Source of the DNA: an uncultured Candidatus Entotheonella sp. | GTDB lineage: Bacteria > Tectomicrobia > Entotheonellia > Entotheonellales > Entotheonellaceae | Direction: 5' to 3' | DNA length: 64,000 bases | NCBI GenBank assembly: GCA_965215335.1 | Contig: CBDCDA010000001.1 | Coordinates: 1,344,001-1,408,000 of the forward strand | In this document: positions 30,692-43,096 of the stretch, one piece after another | How the letters are laid out: each line of letters starts with the position of its first letter | Numbering within the stretch: the stretch's first letter is position 1 | Made by a program: the position numbers and the translations under genes | The notes under the pieces: generated by a model | Databases searched by the model: none | Told to the model about the DNA's origin: nothing | Seen by the model: only the letters and a program-made list of their open reading frames with translations

Positions 30692-31660
30692 TGTATGGTC
30701 CCGGGATTAGATGATATGGATTGATTTTGAATCTTTGCGGCTCCGATGTCCAGACCTTGCAGATGTATTCGTAGGGTGTAAGGCCCCGGAGGGTCTTGAG
30801 ACGCCGCGCGAAGTTGTAGGCCGACAGAAAATCATCCAGGTGGCTGCGTAGTCGGGCATGACTCTCGTCGTGGAAACGCTTGACGGTGGCCTCCTCGACC
30901 GTGCGGTTCATGTGCTCGGTCTGAGCGTTGGTCCAGGGATGGTTGGGCTGCGTCAGACGGTGCTCGATCCCATGTCGCCGACACACCCGCTCGAACAGGT
31001 GACCGCGCAAGCGCGCCGTGGCGCCGCCTCGGTTCCGGGCAAGATCGGCAAACTCGATGCCGTCGTCGGTCAGCACTGTATGGACCTGGCAGGGCACGGC
31101 TGCAACCAGGTCGTCCAGGAATGCTGCCGCGCCTTTCATGGCGGCGCGTTCCACCAGTCTGGCGAAGGCGAACTTCGAGGTCCGGTCGATGGCGATGAAC
31201 CGATGGAGTTTGCCCTCGGCGGTGCGCAGTTCGGCGATGTCGACATGGGAATAGCCGATAGGGCAGTGCTTGAAGCGCTTCCTTTCGGGTTTGTCGCCCT
31301 CTTTGAGTGGCAGGCGGCTGATGTCATGACGCCTCAGGCAGCGATGGAGTGACGAACGGGTGAGATGCGGGAGGGTCGGTTTGAGTGCATGGAGGCAGTC
31401 GTCGAGGGGCAGCAGGGTGTGGCAGCGGAAGGCCACGATGAGGGCTTCCTCGTCCTCGCCGAGAAGTGTCGAGCGCGGTTGTCCGGGTCCTGTCTTGTGG
31501 TCTTCGACGGTGTTTCGCTTTCGCCATTTTCGGATCGAAGGAGGCACTATGGGACAGGTACTTCACCGCAGCGCCACGACCACGCACGCCGCCAGAAAAG
31601 CAATACAGCGATCGAAAGCTTCGCTCAAGAAACTGAGCCAAATCTACGGCATCAACCCTG
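30692..31660 (-). mobile_element. IS481-family element copy 2, 5' segment (31534-31660) inverted, left end lost
   Basis: TGTATGGTCCC end; transposase body on the minus strand while the RBS and MGQVLH... lie on the plus strand. Confidence 0.85.
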
Positions 31661-31661
31661 A

Positions 31662-33088
31662 GTTCGACTTTGTACAAAGTTGGCCAAGTCAGTGCGTGTA
31701 ACAGGCCGATTGCATCAAGCCCTGCAGATAGAGCCGAGAGATTTCTGCCCACTCGATGTCGGGCGTTGATGTTGAAAAATACTCGACCTGCCACAGATGT
31801 TGCGGCACCGCTGCCAAAGCATCGCTGAACGTTGCCTGCTGCTTGGCATGCGAGGCACTCTTTCGTACCGTCAGGCGACCCTCCAGATACAGGTCATGAG
31901 CCAACAGCGCCACCAGCGAATACAAGCCCAGCAGACACGGCGTCGTGCGGTCAATCGCCAAGTCCGACCTCTGGCGCTGCGTCTCGAAGCCCAGATGGGC
32001 GCGTCTCTCCTCGAACGTCGTCTCAATGCTCCAGCGCTTGATGAAACACGCCACGACATCACCTGCCTGGTCATGGGGACACGTCGAGAAGTATGCCCAC
32101 CGGAGCGACAGGGGCGCGGCTGGCCGCTGCGATACCACAGGGCCGTGCCGCTACTGACCCGCAACCACCGCACCCGGCCAGCGTACCCGCAGGCTGCGGG
32201 AGTCGCCGCGTCATCGAGGCGTTCGGCCAGCGTAGGCAGGCGTCTACCCTTGAGACGCGGGCGTCCCCGCGTGCTCGGTTGGCGAGGCGGCGGCGCTTCA
32301 TGGAAAACCGCATCAAGGCGCAAGGGGGCAATCAGGCGCACCCCACAACGCCGACAGGCATGCCCGAGTTCAACGACGCTGTAGGCTTGATCGCCAAGCA
32401 CGGTGATAGCGACATGCGGCAACCAGCGACGCACCACCCGGATCATCTGGCGGGCCCGCTGGGGCGATGATCTTGTGCCTCCCCAGACGCTCACTGACCT
32501 GTGACGTTGGCGGCCGGCACGCTCAGGATGGGCAAGGCCCAGTAACGCGCCGTCCAGGGCGGCGTGACAACCAGGGTCAGCACGACCCAATGCAGCCCAC
32601 TGGTGCTGACGGCGCGCTTGCGGCTGGAAGCCAGCGGGTCGCGATTAATGAGCGCGTTTGTTGATGCGTCGGCCCCAAAGCCTCTCCAGGGTCTCATCCA
32701 TGACGAAGGTGAGGCTTCCGCCCAGCGGCGCCAAAGGTCTGCACCAACAGGGATAACAGACAGCGACTGCCTTTGAGGGTGGACCATCGGGCCCGGTTGA
32801 GCACCTGATGATAGAGACTGAACGGCGGGGTGTCGTCCTGCCCGGTGTGTCGCAGGGCGGCCGTGACGGCACGTCGTCCGCGTGCCAACAGGGTTCCGAC
32901 GAGCAGGCGTTGGACTTTGCTGCCAAGTGGGTGCACTGAAGAGGCTTTGAAAGGGTGCCAGCGTGGTTCAGGGTGTGCTTGAAGGGGGCATCGCTGACCT
33001 TGCTGCAAGATGGGTCGAGTGGAATCTGCCATCTTGCAATACGGGGGCGATGTCCCTGAATCCCTCCTCATTTTGTACAAAGTCGAGC
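31662..33088 (-). mobile_element. IS701-like element copy 2, multiply frameshifted
   Basis: Same IRs as 21588-24278; transposase fragments in several frames. Confidence 0.85.
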
Positions 33089-33102
33089 TAAGGGGACCGG
33101 GT

Positions 33103-33957
33103 CTAATTCAGATAGTGATTGAGGGCTTTTTCCTTGGCCATGGCGCGCAGCTTGTTGCGGGCGCGGGTCTCGATCTGGCGTACCCGCTCGCGGGATAGGC
33201 TGAGTTCCCGCCCAATGGCCGCCAGGCTCTTCGGAGTGTCGTCGAAGCCGAAGCGGGCGCGCAGGATTTTGGCCTCACGCGGTTCAAGGCGGCGCAGGAG
33301 CTGTTGCATCTCCTTGGCCATGGATGCCTGAAAATAGATTTCCTCGCTGGAAAGCAGGGTGCTCGACTGCAGGAAGTCGAGCTGAGTGGTGTCGCCATCG
33401 TCCTGAATCGGCGTATCCAGAGACAGGTGGGGGCGGTACACGCGGAGCAGGTCCTGGATGTCCATCTCCTTCATATCCAGGGCGCTGGCCAGTTCGGCCA
33501 CCGTCGGCTCGGTGCCCATCGCGCGCTGCAGTTCATCGAACTTCTGGCGCAGCTTGGAGAGCGCCTCAGCCTGTTTGATGGGCAGGCGGACGGCGTTGCC
33601 GCCCTCGGCGATGGCGTGCATGATGGCTTGGCGAATCCACCACACGGCATAAGTGATGAAGCGCACGCCGCGCTCCGGGTCGAATTTCCCGGCGGCGTGC
33701 AGAAGGCCGAGGTTGCCTTCGTTGATCAGATCGGCGAGGGGCAGGCCGTAGCCCTGGTACTTGCTGGCCACCTGCACGACGAAGCGCAGGTTGCGCTCGA
33801 CCAATTCGTGCAGCGCCTCGGTGTTCCCGGTTTTGATGCGCTGACCCAAGGCGATTTCTTCTTCGGGGGTGGGTACGGACCTGCGACGCACCTCCACCAG
33901 ATACGCGGATAATGAACTGGGGGTAACGGCATTGAAACCGCGCCGTGGTATGCTCAT
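33103..33957 (-). CDS. Sigma-70 family sigma factor (RpoD/RpoS-like, no region 1.1)
   Basis: NLRFVV, DLINEGNLGL, FITYAVWWIRQAI, SRERVRQIE. Confidence 0.93.
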   Translation of the reverse strand: MSIPRRGFNAVTPSSLSAYLVEVRRRSVPTPEEEIALGQRIKTGNTEALHELVERNLRFVVQVASKYQGYGLPLADLINEGNLGLLHAAGKFDPERGVRFITYAVWWIRQAIMHAIAEGGNAVRLPIKQAEALSKLRQKFDELQRAMGTEPTVAELASALDMKEMDIQDLLRVYRPHLSLDTPIQDDGDTTQLDFLQSSTLLSSEEIYFQASMAKEMQQLLRRLEPREAKILRARFGFDDTPKSLAAIGRELSLSRERVRQIETRARNKLRAMAKEKALNHYLN

Positions 33958-34038
33958 GACGTTCCTTTGAGGAGGGTATCGGAAGGGAGAGACAGCGCTC
34001 ATGTTGCTGAATATTGATCCCTTCCGGAGGGAGGCTCA

Positions 34039-34067
34039 ATGCTAGGCTGACCGAAGCGCGAAGTCAA
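34039..34067 (-). promoter_or_regulatory. Putative promoter of the sigma factor gene
   Basis: TTGACT-N17-TAGCAT overlapping the upstream gene's stop codon. Confidence 0.5.
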
Positions 34068-35326
34068 TATCGTGACGGGTGGATCAGGATGGAGTCGCGC
34101 TCGAATTCCATTGCGAAGTCGAAGGGCCTGAAAGACGCGGGCGCGTCGTCCACGCTGCCCCAGGAGCGCGTGAGGCTTGTCAGCAGGGTGTCCTGATGGG
34201 TGCGCAGGGCGGGACGGTTGCTGCCCTGGTTGAACAGCGCGAACCATACCGGCCCGTGCTTGCGCGTAAAGATGACCCCGCCCAGGGTACTGACGCCCCT
34301 CAGGGTACCCGTTTTGACGACGGCGTGCCGCGGCAGCTTGCGGCGCGCGAGGGTGCCGTTGTCGCGTCCGGCGATGGGAAAGACATCGGAGATGTTCAGG
34401 CCGTCGGGTTGCAGGAGGTTGTGAATGGCGATGAACAGGGCGCAGACCGCTCGGGGAGATATCTGATTGCTCCTGCCGAGTCCGGAGCCGTTGATCAGGC
34501 GCAATTCGTTGCGGCTTACGCCTGCCGCTTGAACGGCTGTCTGCCGCATTTTGCCGCTGCCGCCTGCGGCGATGGTGAGCATCTCGGCCATGGCGTTGTT
34601 GCTGTGGACGTTCATGCGCTTGAGGATGTCGAACAGCGGCAGCGAGCGGTGCCGGATGAGCGGTATCTGCCCACTCAGCGCCGCCTGCGCCGCCTGCACG
34701 GGGCCGGAAATGGCGACGCGCGGCTTGGGCGTGCCCCTGGGCAGCGTGCGGTACTGTGTCTTGGCGCTCTCGGGCCAGACAGCGGCGTTCAGCCCCCGTT
34801 TGAGCAGACCGCCAGCCTTGACGGGTTCCAGGACGAAATTCATGTAGAACTTGCCGACGATGAGCAGTCTACCATTGACCCGCGTGATGCCGACCTGCTT
34901 CAGGGCGTTGCCTAGCACGATGGCGTCCTCCCAGACGAAAAACGGATCGCTGCCGCCGTACACGACGAGATCGCCGTGCAAGACACCTTCGCGGATGGTG
35001 CCGATGGCCCCGATCAGCGTCGGGAAGCGGTGCAGCGGCCCCCAGGTGCGCAGGGCAGCCAAGGTGGTGGCGACTTTGGTCAGCGATGCGGCCGGCAACG
35101 GTACGTTGCCTCGATGGTGCAGCAGGACCGACTGCGCCGATTGCAGCCACACGCCCTGCGCGTCCTGGGTCTTGCCGTGCTTGGCGGCGTTGGCGAGGTA
35201 GCGCTGCAGGGCCTGCCAGGCGGCACGGTCACGCTCTTCCGGCAACGTGGTCGCGGGGGGCAGGACGAGGCTCAACAGAACGAACCACGCAGCCGTCGAT
35301 GCCAAGTGCCGAAGCCCTTTGCTCAT
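34064..35326 (-). CDS. D-Ala-D-Ala carboxypeptidase/endopeptidase (PBP4, peptidase S13)
   Basis: SLTK, SNN, NGSGL and KTG motifs; signal peptide; start ATG 35326. Confidence 0.9.
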   Translation of the reverse strand: MSKGLRHLASTAAWFVLLSLVLPPATTLPEERDRAAWQALQRYLANAAKHGKTQDAQGVWLQSAQSVLLHHRGNVPLPAASLTKVATTLAALRTWGPLHRFPTLIGAIGTIREGVLHGDLVVYGGSDPFFVWEDAIVLGNALKQVGITRVNGRLLIVGKFYMNFVLEPVKAGGLLKRGLNAAVWPESAKTQYRTLPRGTPKPRVAISGPVQAAQAALSGQIPLIRHRSLPLFDILKRMNVHSNNAMAEMLTIAAGGSGKMRQTAVQAAGVSRNELRLINGSGLGRSNQISPRAVCALFIAIHNLLQPDGLNISDVFPIAGRDNGTLARRKLPRHAVVKTGTLRGVSTLGGVIFTRKHGPVWFALFNQGSNRPALRTHQDTLLTSLTRSWGSVDDAPASFRPFDFAMEFERDSILIHPSRY

Positions 35327-35408
35327 TGGCGAATCCCTGGTTGGTTGCGGGCTGTCGATAGGAATGGCAGGCTTGTCATCGTGGTCGGCGGCATTGAAAC
35401 GGGTCTCA

Positions 35409-36856
35409 GCTCGACTTTGTACAACTCTGGCAGGTATCAGTGCGTATAATAGACCGATTGCATCAAGCCCTGCAGACAGACCCGAGGGACTTCTATCAAC
35501 TCGGTGTCGGGCGTTGATGTTGAAAAATACTCGACCTCCCAACAGACGGCGCCGCACCGACGCCAACGTATCGCTGAACGTTGCCTGCTGCTTGACATGC
35601 CAGGCACGCCTTCACACTGTCAAGCGACCCCCAGATACAGGCCGTGAGCCAACAGGGCCACCAGCGAATACAAGCTCAGCAGACACGGCGTCGTGCGCTC
35701 AATCGCCAAGTCCGACCCCTGGCGCTGGGTCTCGAAGCCCAAGTGGGCGCGGCTTTCCTCGAACGTGGTCGTGATGCTCCAGCGCTTGATGAAACACGTC
35801 ACAATATCACCTGCCGAATCGCTCGCACACGTCGAGAAGTACGCCCGCGGCGAGCAGTGGGCGTCAACGCGGCGCACCAACACCCACGACAGCGGCGGCT
35901 GCGATATCCACAGCGTCGTGCCGCTCGTGACCTGCAACCATCGCACGCGGCCATCGTATCAGTGCACACGCAGGGGCTGCCAGCAGGTTGCCGCATCACC
36001 GAGACGTCCGGCCAAAGAGGGCGGGCGCCTACCCTCGAGACGCGGACGTCCTCGCGTGCCCGGTTGGCGCGGCGGCGCTTCATGGAAAACCACGTCAAGG
36101 CGCAGAGGCGCGATCAGGCGCACCCCGCACCGCCGACAGGCATGCCCGAGTTCCGCGACACTGCAGGCTTGATCGCCGAGCACGGTGAAAGCGACGTACG
36201 GCAACCAACGCCGTACCATCCGGATCATCTGACGCGCCCACTTGGGAAATGGTCCTGTGTCTCAGCCCCAGGCGCTCACTGACCTGTGGCGTGGGCGCTG
36301 GCACGCTCAGGAAGGGCAAGGCCCAAGGGCGTTGTTCCAGGGCGGCGTGACAACCAAGGTCAGAGCGATCCAGCGCGGCCCGCTGGTGCTCACGGTCTGC
36401 TTGCGACTGGAAGCCAAGGGGTCGGTAGTGACCGCGCTTGTCGAGGCGAAGGCCCCGGCGTCGCTCCAGGGTTTCGTCAATGACGAAGGCGAGGTTGCCG
36501 CCAGCGGCGTCGAAGGTCTGCACCAGCAGAGACAGCAGACAGCGGCTACCCTTGAGAGTGGACCATCGGGCGCGGTTGAACACCTGATGGTAGAGACTGA
36601 ACGACGGGGTGCCTTGCTGTCCTGTGTGTCGCAGGGCTGCCGTGATGGTGCGCCGTCCGCGGGCCAACAGGGTGCCGATGAGCAGGCGTTGGACTTTACT
36701 GCCAAGTGGATACGCTGGAGAGACCTTGAAGGGACGCCAGGACCGTGCTACTGTGCGCTGAAGGGGACATCGTTGACCTTTTGGAGTGGAACTTGCCATC
36801 TTGCAACACAGGAGCGATGTCCCTGGATACCCCCCTCATTTTGTACAAAGTAGAGC
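35409..36856 (-). mobile_element. IS701-like element copy 3, degraded
   Basis: Same IRs; fragmented transposase. Confidence 0.85.
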
Positions 36857-36859
36857 TAA

Positions 36860-37014
36860 GAGGGTGTTTGTGAATAGCGACGCCTCTCCGGGAGCACGGA
36901 CATCTTGCCCGCATGGCCCCTTTTTGCGAGCTGGAAGCCCGCACGCTTCCAGGCATGGGAATCGCCGCTCTGAAACCGGTCAAAGCGGCTACAGGATCGT
37001 TCACAAAAACCCTC
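36860..37014. mobile_element. 155-bp MITE
   Basis: IR GAGGGTGTTTGTGAA / TTCACAAAAACCCTC (14/15 match), flanked by TAA and TGA, no transposase. Confidence 0.7.
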
Positions 37015-37050
37015 TGAAGGTGAGCTTCCAATGCAGATAAGAGCTTGATG

Positions 37051-38568
37051 ATGCAAGATACGCGACAACAGGCGGAGAATCAACCCTTGGCGGCAGACAG
37101 CACCCTGGCGATGGACGCCAAGACGGTGCGGGAACTAGGATACCGCATCGTCGATATGATTACCGACGACCTGACCCATCCCACCCGCCGGCCGGTGTTT
37201 CCCCCCGCCCAGACACGCGAGGCGATGGAGGCGGTCTTTGGCGGCCCGGTGCCGCGGGATGGCATGGACGTTGACGAGTTGTTGACGATCATCCGTGACC
37301 AGTTGCTATCCGCGGCGGGCAATCCCAACCACCCGCGCATGATGGCGTACGTCCTGTCCGCGTCTACGCCCCTGACGGCGCTCATTGAGGCGTTGGTCAG
37401 CAGCATCAAGCTGCGCCCGACCACGTGGAAGAACCAACCAGCGAGTTGCCAGATCGAGATCACGGTAGCGCACTGGCTCGGCGGCATGGTGGGCTTCTCC
37501 GACAACGCCGCCGGCTACGTGACCACCGGCGGCTCGTGGGCCAACCTGGTGGCCCTGGCTGTCGCGCGGGTGCGCCGGGCTGGTTGGGACGTACGGTCCG
37601 AGGGCGTTGCGCAGCGTCCGGCGCTGACGGCTTACGTCTCCAGTGAAGCCCACTCGTGTATCGACCGCAGCGCGGAGCTCCTCGGCATGGGCGCTGCGCA
37701 ACTGCGCAAAATCCCGGTGGACGACGGGTTTCGCATCGATCTGGACGCCCTGGAGTCGTCGGTCCGGGCCGACATCCGCGCCGGCTGCAGGCCGTTCTGC
37801 CTCATCGGCAACGCCGGCACTGTGAACACTGGCGCGGTCGATCCCCTCGACCGCTTGGCCGATATCGCCCAGCGCCATGACATGTGGTTCCACGTCGACG
37901 GCGCGTACGGCGCCCTTGCCAGCCTTGCCCCCGAAGCGCGCCCGCTGTTCAAGGGGTTGGAGCGTGCCGACTCGCTCACTCTCGACCCCCACAAGTGGCT
38001 CAATACGCCCTTCGAGGCCGGTTGCATCCTCACCCGGGAATGGCGCGACCTCGGCGATACCTTCAGCCTCATTCCGCCTTACCTGCGGGGCGCCATGGGC
38101 AGCGAGCACAACCAATACGAATACGGCTTCGAGCTGAGCCGTACCGACCGTGCACTCAAAGTCTGGCTCGCCCTGCGCCAGTACGGCGTCGACCGCTATG
38201 CCGAGTTGATCGCCAACCATCTCGCCCTGGCCCGCCACCTCGCCGCCCGCCTCGAGGCCACCGAGGATTTCGAATTGCTTGCCCCGGTCGTGCTGAGCAT
38301 CTGCTGCTTCCGCTACGTCCCGTCCGATCTGACCCCCGTCGCTCCGGCCGTCGAAACCTACCTCAATACCCTCAACCATGCCCTCGAGATGGCCCTCGCT
38401 TCCGATGGCCGTGCCCTCGTCTCCGGCACCGATCTCAACGGCACCCGCGTCCTCCGCGCATGCATCGTCAGTCATCCCGTCACCCGCGCCAGCGTGGACG
38501 AAACCCTGGCGCTGCTGCAGCAACTCGGCCAGCAACTCGATCGCGACATGCGCGGACAGTTGGGATGA
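37051..38568 (+). CDS. PLP-dependent group II amino-acid decarboxylase
   Basis: TTGGSWAN, AGTVNTGAVD, HVDGAYG, DPHKW; exact start uncertain (37045, 37048 or 37051). Confidence 0.92.
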   Translation: MQDTRQQAENQPLAADSTLAMDAKTVRELGYRIVDMITDDLTHPTRRPVFPPAQTREAMEAVFGGPVPRDGMDVDELLTIIRDQLLSAAGNPNHPRMMAYVLSASTPLTALIEALVSSIKLRPTTWKNQPASCQIEITVAHWLGGMVGFSDNAAGYVTTGGSWANLVALAVARVRRAGWDVRSEGVAQRPALTAYVSSEAHSCIDRSAELLGMGAAQLRKIPVDDGFRIDLDALESSVRADIRAGCRPFCLIGNAGTVNTGAVDPLDRLADIAQRHDMWFHVDGAYGALASLAPEARPLFKGLERADSLTLDPHKWLNTPFEAGCILTREWRDLGDTFSLIPPYLRGAMGSEHNQYEYGFELSRTDRALKVWLALRQYGVDRYAELIANHLALARHLAARLEATEDFELLAPVVLSICCFRYVPSDLTPVAPAVETYLNTLNHALEMALASDGRALVSGTDLNGTRVLRACIVSHPVTRASVDETLALLQQLGQQLDRDMRGQLG

Positions 38569-38607
38569 TGCAGGCGGTGGGAGTCTATTCTGGTATATAC
38601 TCAATCC

Positions 38608-39069
38608 ATGACCTTTCTGGAGAAGATATGCGCCGTCCTGCGAGAAGCCGGCGTGCGCTACGCGGTGGCAGGGGGCTATGCCGTGGCCTTGCACGGCGCC
38701 GTGCGCGGGACGATCGACGTTGACGTGGTACTGCGCTGGACACAGCAGGCACTTACCGGAGCGGAAGCGGCGCTGAACGGCATCGGTCTGGTGTCGCGGC
38801 TACCGGTGACCGCCCGCGAGGTCTTCGCGTTTCGCGACGAGTACGTTAAGAATCGCAATCTCATCGCCTGGAATTTCTACAACCCGGACAACCCGTTGGA
38901 GCAGGTGGACATCATCATCACCTACGATCTGACGGGCAAGCGAACCCGGCGGGTGACCCTGCCCTCGGGGCCGGTGCAAGTGCTGTCGGCAAAGGATCTG
39001 ATCGTCATGAAGCGGGCGAGCGGCAGACCGCAGGACATCGAAGACATTCGGGCGCTGGAGCGGCTGTGA
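38608..39069 (+). CDS. Minimal nucleotidyltransferase-fold protein
   Basis: AGGYAVALHG..RGTIDVD and KRASGRPQDIED. Confidence 0.8.
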   Translation: MTFLEKICAVLREAGVRYAVAGGYAVALHGAVRGTIDVDVVLRWTQQALTGAEAALNGIGLVSRLPVTAREVFAFRDEYVKNRNLIAWNFYNPDNPLEQVDIIITYDLTGKRTRRVTLPSGPVQVLSAKDLIVMKRASGRPQDIEDIRALERL

Positions 39070-39326
39070 TGGGTGCCGAGCGTCCCCTGCAAAGATTTTC
39101 CGACGCGCACCTCGAACGGTGCCGTGAGCTGTCCCCTGAGGATATCGTTCGTTTCCTGGACGATTTCCGAAAACTTCACGGCGCCGCAACCACCCGCTCG
39201 CGGCTCATCAGCCTGAAAGTGCCCGAGCCGCTTCTGGCGGCGTTCAAGGCCAAGGCGCGGTTGCATAAGGTGCCTTACCAGACGCAGATCAAGAACCTCA
39301 TGCAGGCATGGCTGAAGGAATCGTAA
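39066..39326 (+). CDS. Small protein with a BrnA/CopG-like ribbon-helix-helix C-terminus
   Basis: LISLKVPEPLLAAFKAKA...VPYQTQIKNLM; overlaps the NTase stop. Confidence 0.7.
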   Translation: MMGAERPLQRFSDAHLERCRELSPEDIVRFLDDFRKLHGAATTRSRLISLKVPEPLLAAFKAKARLHKVPYQTQIKNLMQAWLKES

Positions 39327-40286
39327 ATGCAGCAGGAGAATCTGCGCATGCGCCGCCGTATCATCCTCGACTGCGACCCGGGCCGCGATGACGCCTTGGC
39401 CATTGCGCTGGTGCTCGCTTCGGCAGCAGAGATCGAGCTGGTTGGTATCACCGCGGTGGCCGGCAACGTGCCGCTGGCACTAACGTACCGGAATGCGCGC
39501 TTCATCTGTGACCTGTGCGGCTTTCCGGGCGTGCCGGTACACGCGGGTGCCGACAGACCGCTGGCGCGGGAACCCGTGACCGGCACGCGGGCGCACGGGG
39601 AAAGCGGGCTGGAGGGCATAACGGTGGACGTGCCGCCAGCCGCCGTCGAACCGGATGGCGCGACCGCCTTCATGAATGAAACGTTGCGCGCTGCCGAGGA
39701 TGACGAGATCACCTTCGTTGCAATCGGCCCGCTGACCAATTTCGCGGTCTTCGTTGCGCAATCCCCGGAGTTGCTGCCAAAAATTCGGCAGATCGTGCTC
39801 ATGGGCGGGGCGTCGCGGGCTGATGGCAACGTAACGTCGGCGGCCGAATTCAATATCTATGCCGACCCGCACGCCGCGGCGCGGGTTTTCGACTGCGGGC
39901 GTCCGCTGACCATCGTGAGCCTCGACGCCACCCATCAGGTACTTGCCACCCCTGCCCACGGCGAGCGCCTGGCGCGCGGCGGCGGCGAACCGGCGCGGCG
40001 TCTGGCCACCCTGTTGCGTCCCGCCACCCACAGCCGCGTGGCCCGCTTCGGTCCAGACCGCCTGCCGATTCATGATCCCTGCGCCATTGCCTGGCTGTTG
40101 CGGCCGGGGTTGTTCCGGACCGAGCCTGTTCCGGTTGCCGTGGAGACCGAGGGGACGCACACGCTGGGCGCCACCATAGTGGATTGGTGGGGCGTGACCG
40201 GCAAACTGCCGAACGCTCACTGGGTAACAGCGGTTGACGGCGAGAGCGTTCTCGACCTCCTCATCGAGCGTATCGGGCGGCTATAG
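39327..40286 (+). CDS. Nucleoside hydrolase (IUNH family)
   Basis: DCDPGRDD, GPLTN, AEFNIYADP, HDP; alternative start at 39348. Confidence 0.93.
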   Translation: MQQENLRMRRRIILDCDPGRDDALAIALVLASAAEIELVGITAVAGNVPLALTYRNARFICDLCGFPGVPVHAGADRPLAREPVTGTRAHGESGLEGITVDVPPAAVEPDGATAFMNETLRAAEDDEITFVAIGPLTNFAVFVAQSPELLPKIRQIVLMGGASRADGNVTSAAEFNIYADPHAAARVFDCGRPLTIVSLDATHQVLATPAHGERLARGGGEPARRLATLLRPATHSRVARFGPDRLPIHDPCAIAWLLRPGLFRTEPVPVAVETEGTHTLGATIVDWWGVTGKLPNAHWVTAVDGESVLDLLIERIGRL

Positions 40287-40406
40287 CCCGCGGCTGCTGA
40301 CAGCAGACCCCGCCGACGTCGATCTTTTCGAAACGCATCGCAAGACGGCGGAAGTGTTTGAGCTTGCAAAAGAAGTTCTCCACCAGGTGACGCCCCACTT
40401 GTACAC

Positions 40407-40889
40407 CTAGTTGCCGACCCTCCTCACGAAAATGGCGTTCTCGATCCGCTCAAAGGCGTTCTGGTAGACGGCGGCATCAAGGATCGTCGTATCCTGCCTG
40501 TCTGTTTGGCCATAGATGCCGGAGTCTCGTCTGCTGGCGACGAAATTGAGCCGCACCCTGGACCTGCCGCCAATCTGTTCAATGAATGCCGTCGCTCTTG
40601 TTTGCTCAACGCTTGTAACACCTGCCAGTACCGTGAGCATATTGTTATTGCTGGTAGCAGGGCTTTCCGTGGTGATAAGTCCGGTGTCTAGGTCCGCACT
40701 ATTGACAATGTAGCCAAGGTCCTGGAACACGGACATGACGCTGGCGAACACGATAGCCTTATCGCGTCCGTACTCACGAGTTTGAAGACTTTGAATCTGA
40801 AGTGGCGTCAGGGTAGGACTTGGCGGCACACAACCAGTCAGGAAAACCAACCCCACGGCGGACATCAGTATCTTTAAGTTGCTTTTCAC
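40407..40889 (-). CDS. Hypothetical lipoprotein
   Basis: Lipobox LTGC; GGAGG RBS. Confidence 0.7.
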   Translation of the reverse strand: MKSNLKILMSAVGLVFLTGCVPPSPTLTPLQIQSLQTREYGRDKAIVFASVMSVFQDLGYIVNSADLDTGLITTESPATSNNNMLTVLAGVTSVEQTRATAFIEQIGGRSRVRLNFVASRRDSGIYGQTDRQDTTILDAAVYQNAFERIENAIFVRRVGN

Positions 40890-40917
40890 CCTAATCCCCC
40901 TCCCAAGAAGCTGGAAC

Positions 40918-41337
40918 TCAGAAGTCGGAGGTCCTGCTCCGGAAACCCGTCACCACGTTGTTGCTGTCGAATTTGATGATGAGCGTGATCATCCGGGAGC
41001 CGGTCTCTAAGCCGGAGGCGGATGAGCTCTGACCCGCCAGGATAACCGTCCAGTAGCCGGACCGGCGCGCTGATTGAGCTACCTGGGCGGCTCTCTGGTA
41101 GGTCCAGACCTCCCGGCCGCTGCCGTCGCGGGTGGTAATGTTCGGCGCGCCGAAGATTTCCAATACTTCGGATTTGGTCGTTCGGCCAACGACCAGATTC
41201 ATCTGCACGTTCCCTTGGGTCAGGGCAGAATTTCTGTCCGTAACGGGTTGCGGTGGTGACACGCAGCTGGGCAATACCAAACCGAGACCGATGAAGAGCA
41301 TCGACCAAAGAGCAATTGATGGCACACGTAATTTCAT
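40918..41337 (-). CDS. SmpA/BamE-like lipoprotein
   Basis: Lipobox-like LPSC; TTKSEVLEIFGAP..EVWTY..LIIKFD. Confidence 0.7.
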   Translation of the reverse strand: MKLRVPSIALWSMLFIGLGLVLPSCVSPPQPVTDRNSALTQGNVQMNLVVGRTTKSEVLEIFGAPNITTRDGSGREVWTYQRAAQVAQSARRSGYWTVILAGQSSSASGLETGSRMITLIIKFDSNNVVTGFRSRTSDF

Positions 41338-41452
41338 TAACCTGTCTCCAAAAGTCCGTCCCAGTTCGTGATGGACACTTCTTGGTCTTTTCACCCTGTC
41401 GTTCCGCTTCATGCGTCTTCCTGCCATCTCACAGGCTAGCATATTGCACACC

Positions 41453-43096
<1,644 letters not shown>

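Noticed and set aside
34064..35566. 500-aa version of the carboxypeptidase
   Set aside because: The extension runs into the IS701-like element; the signal peptide begins at 35326
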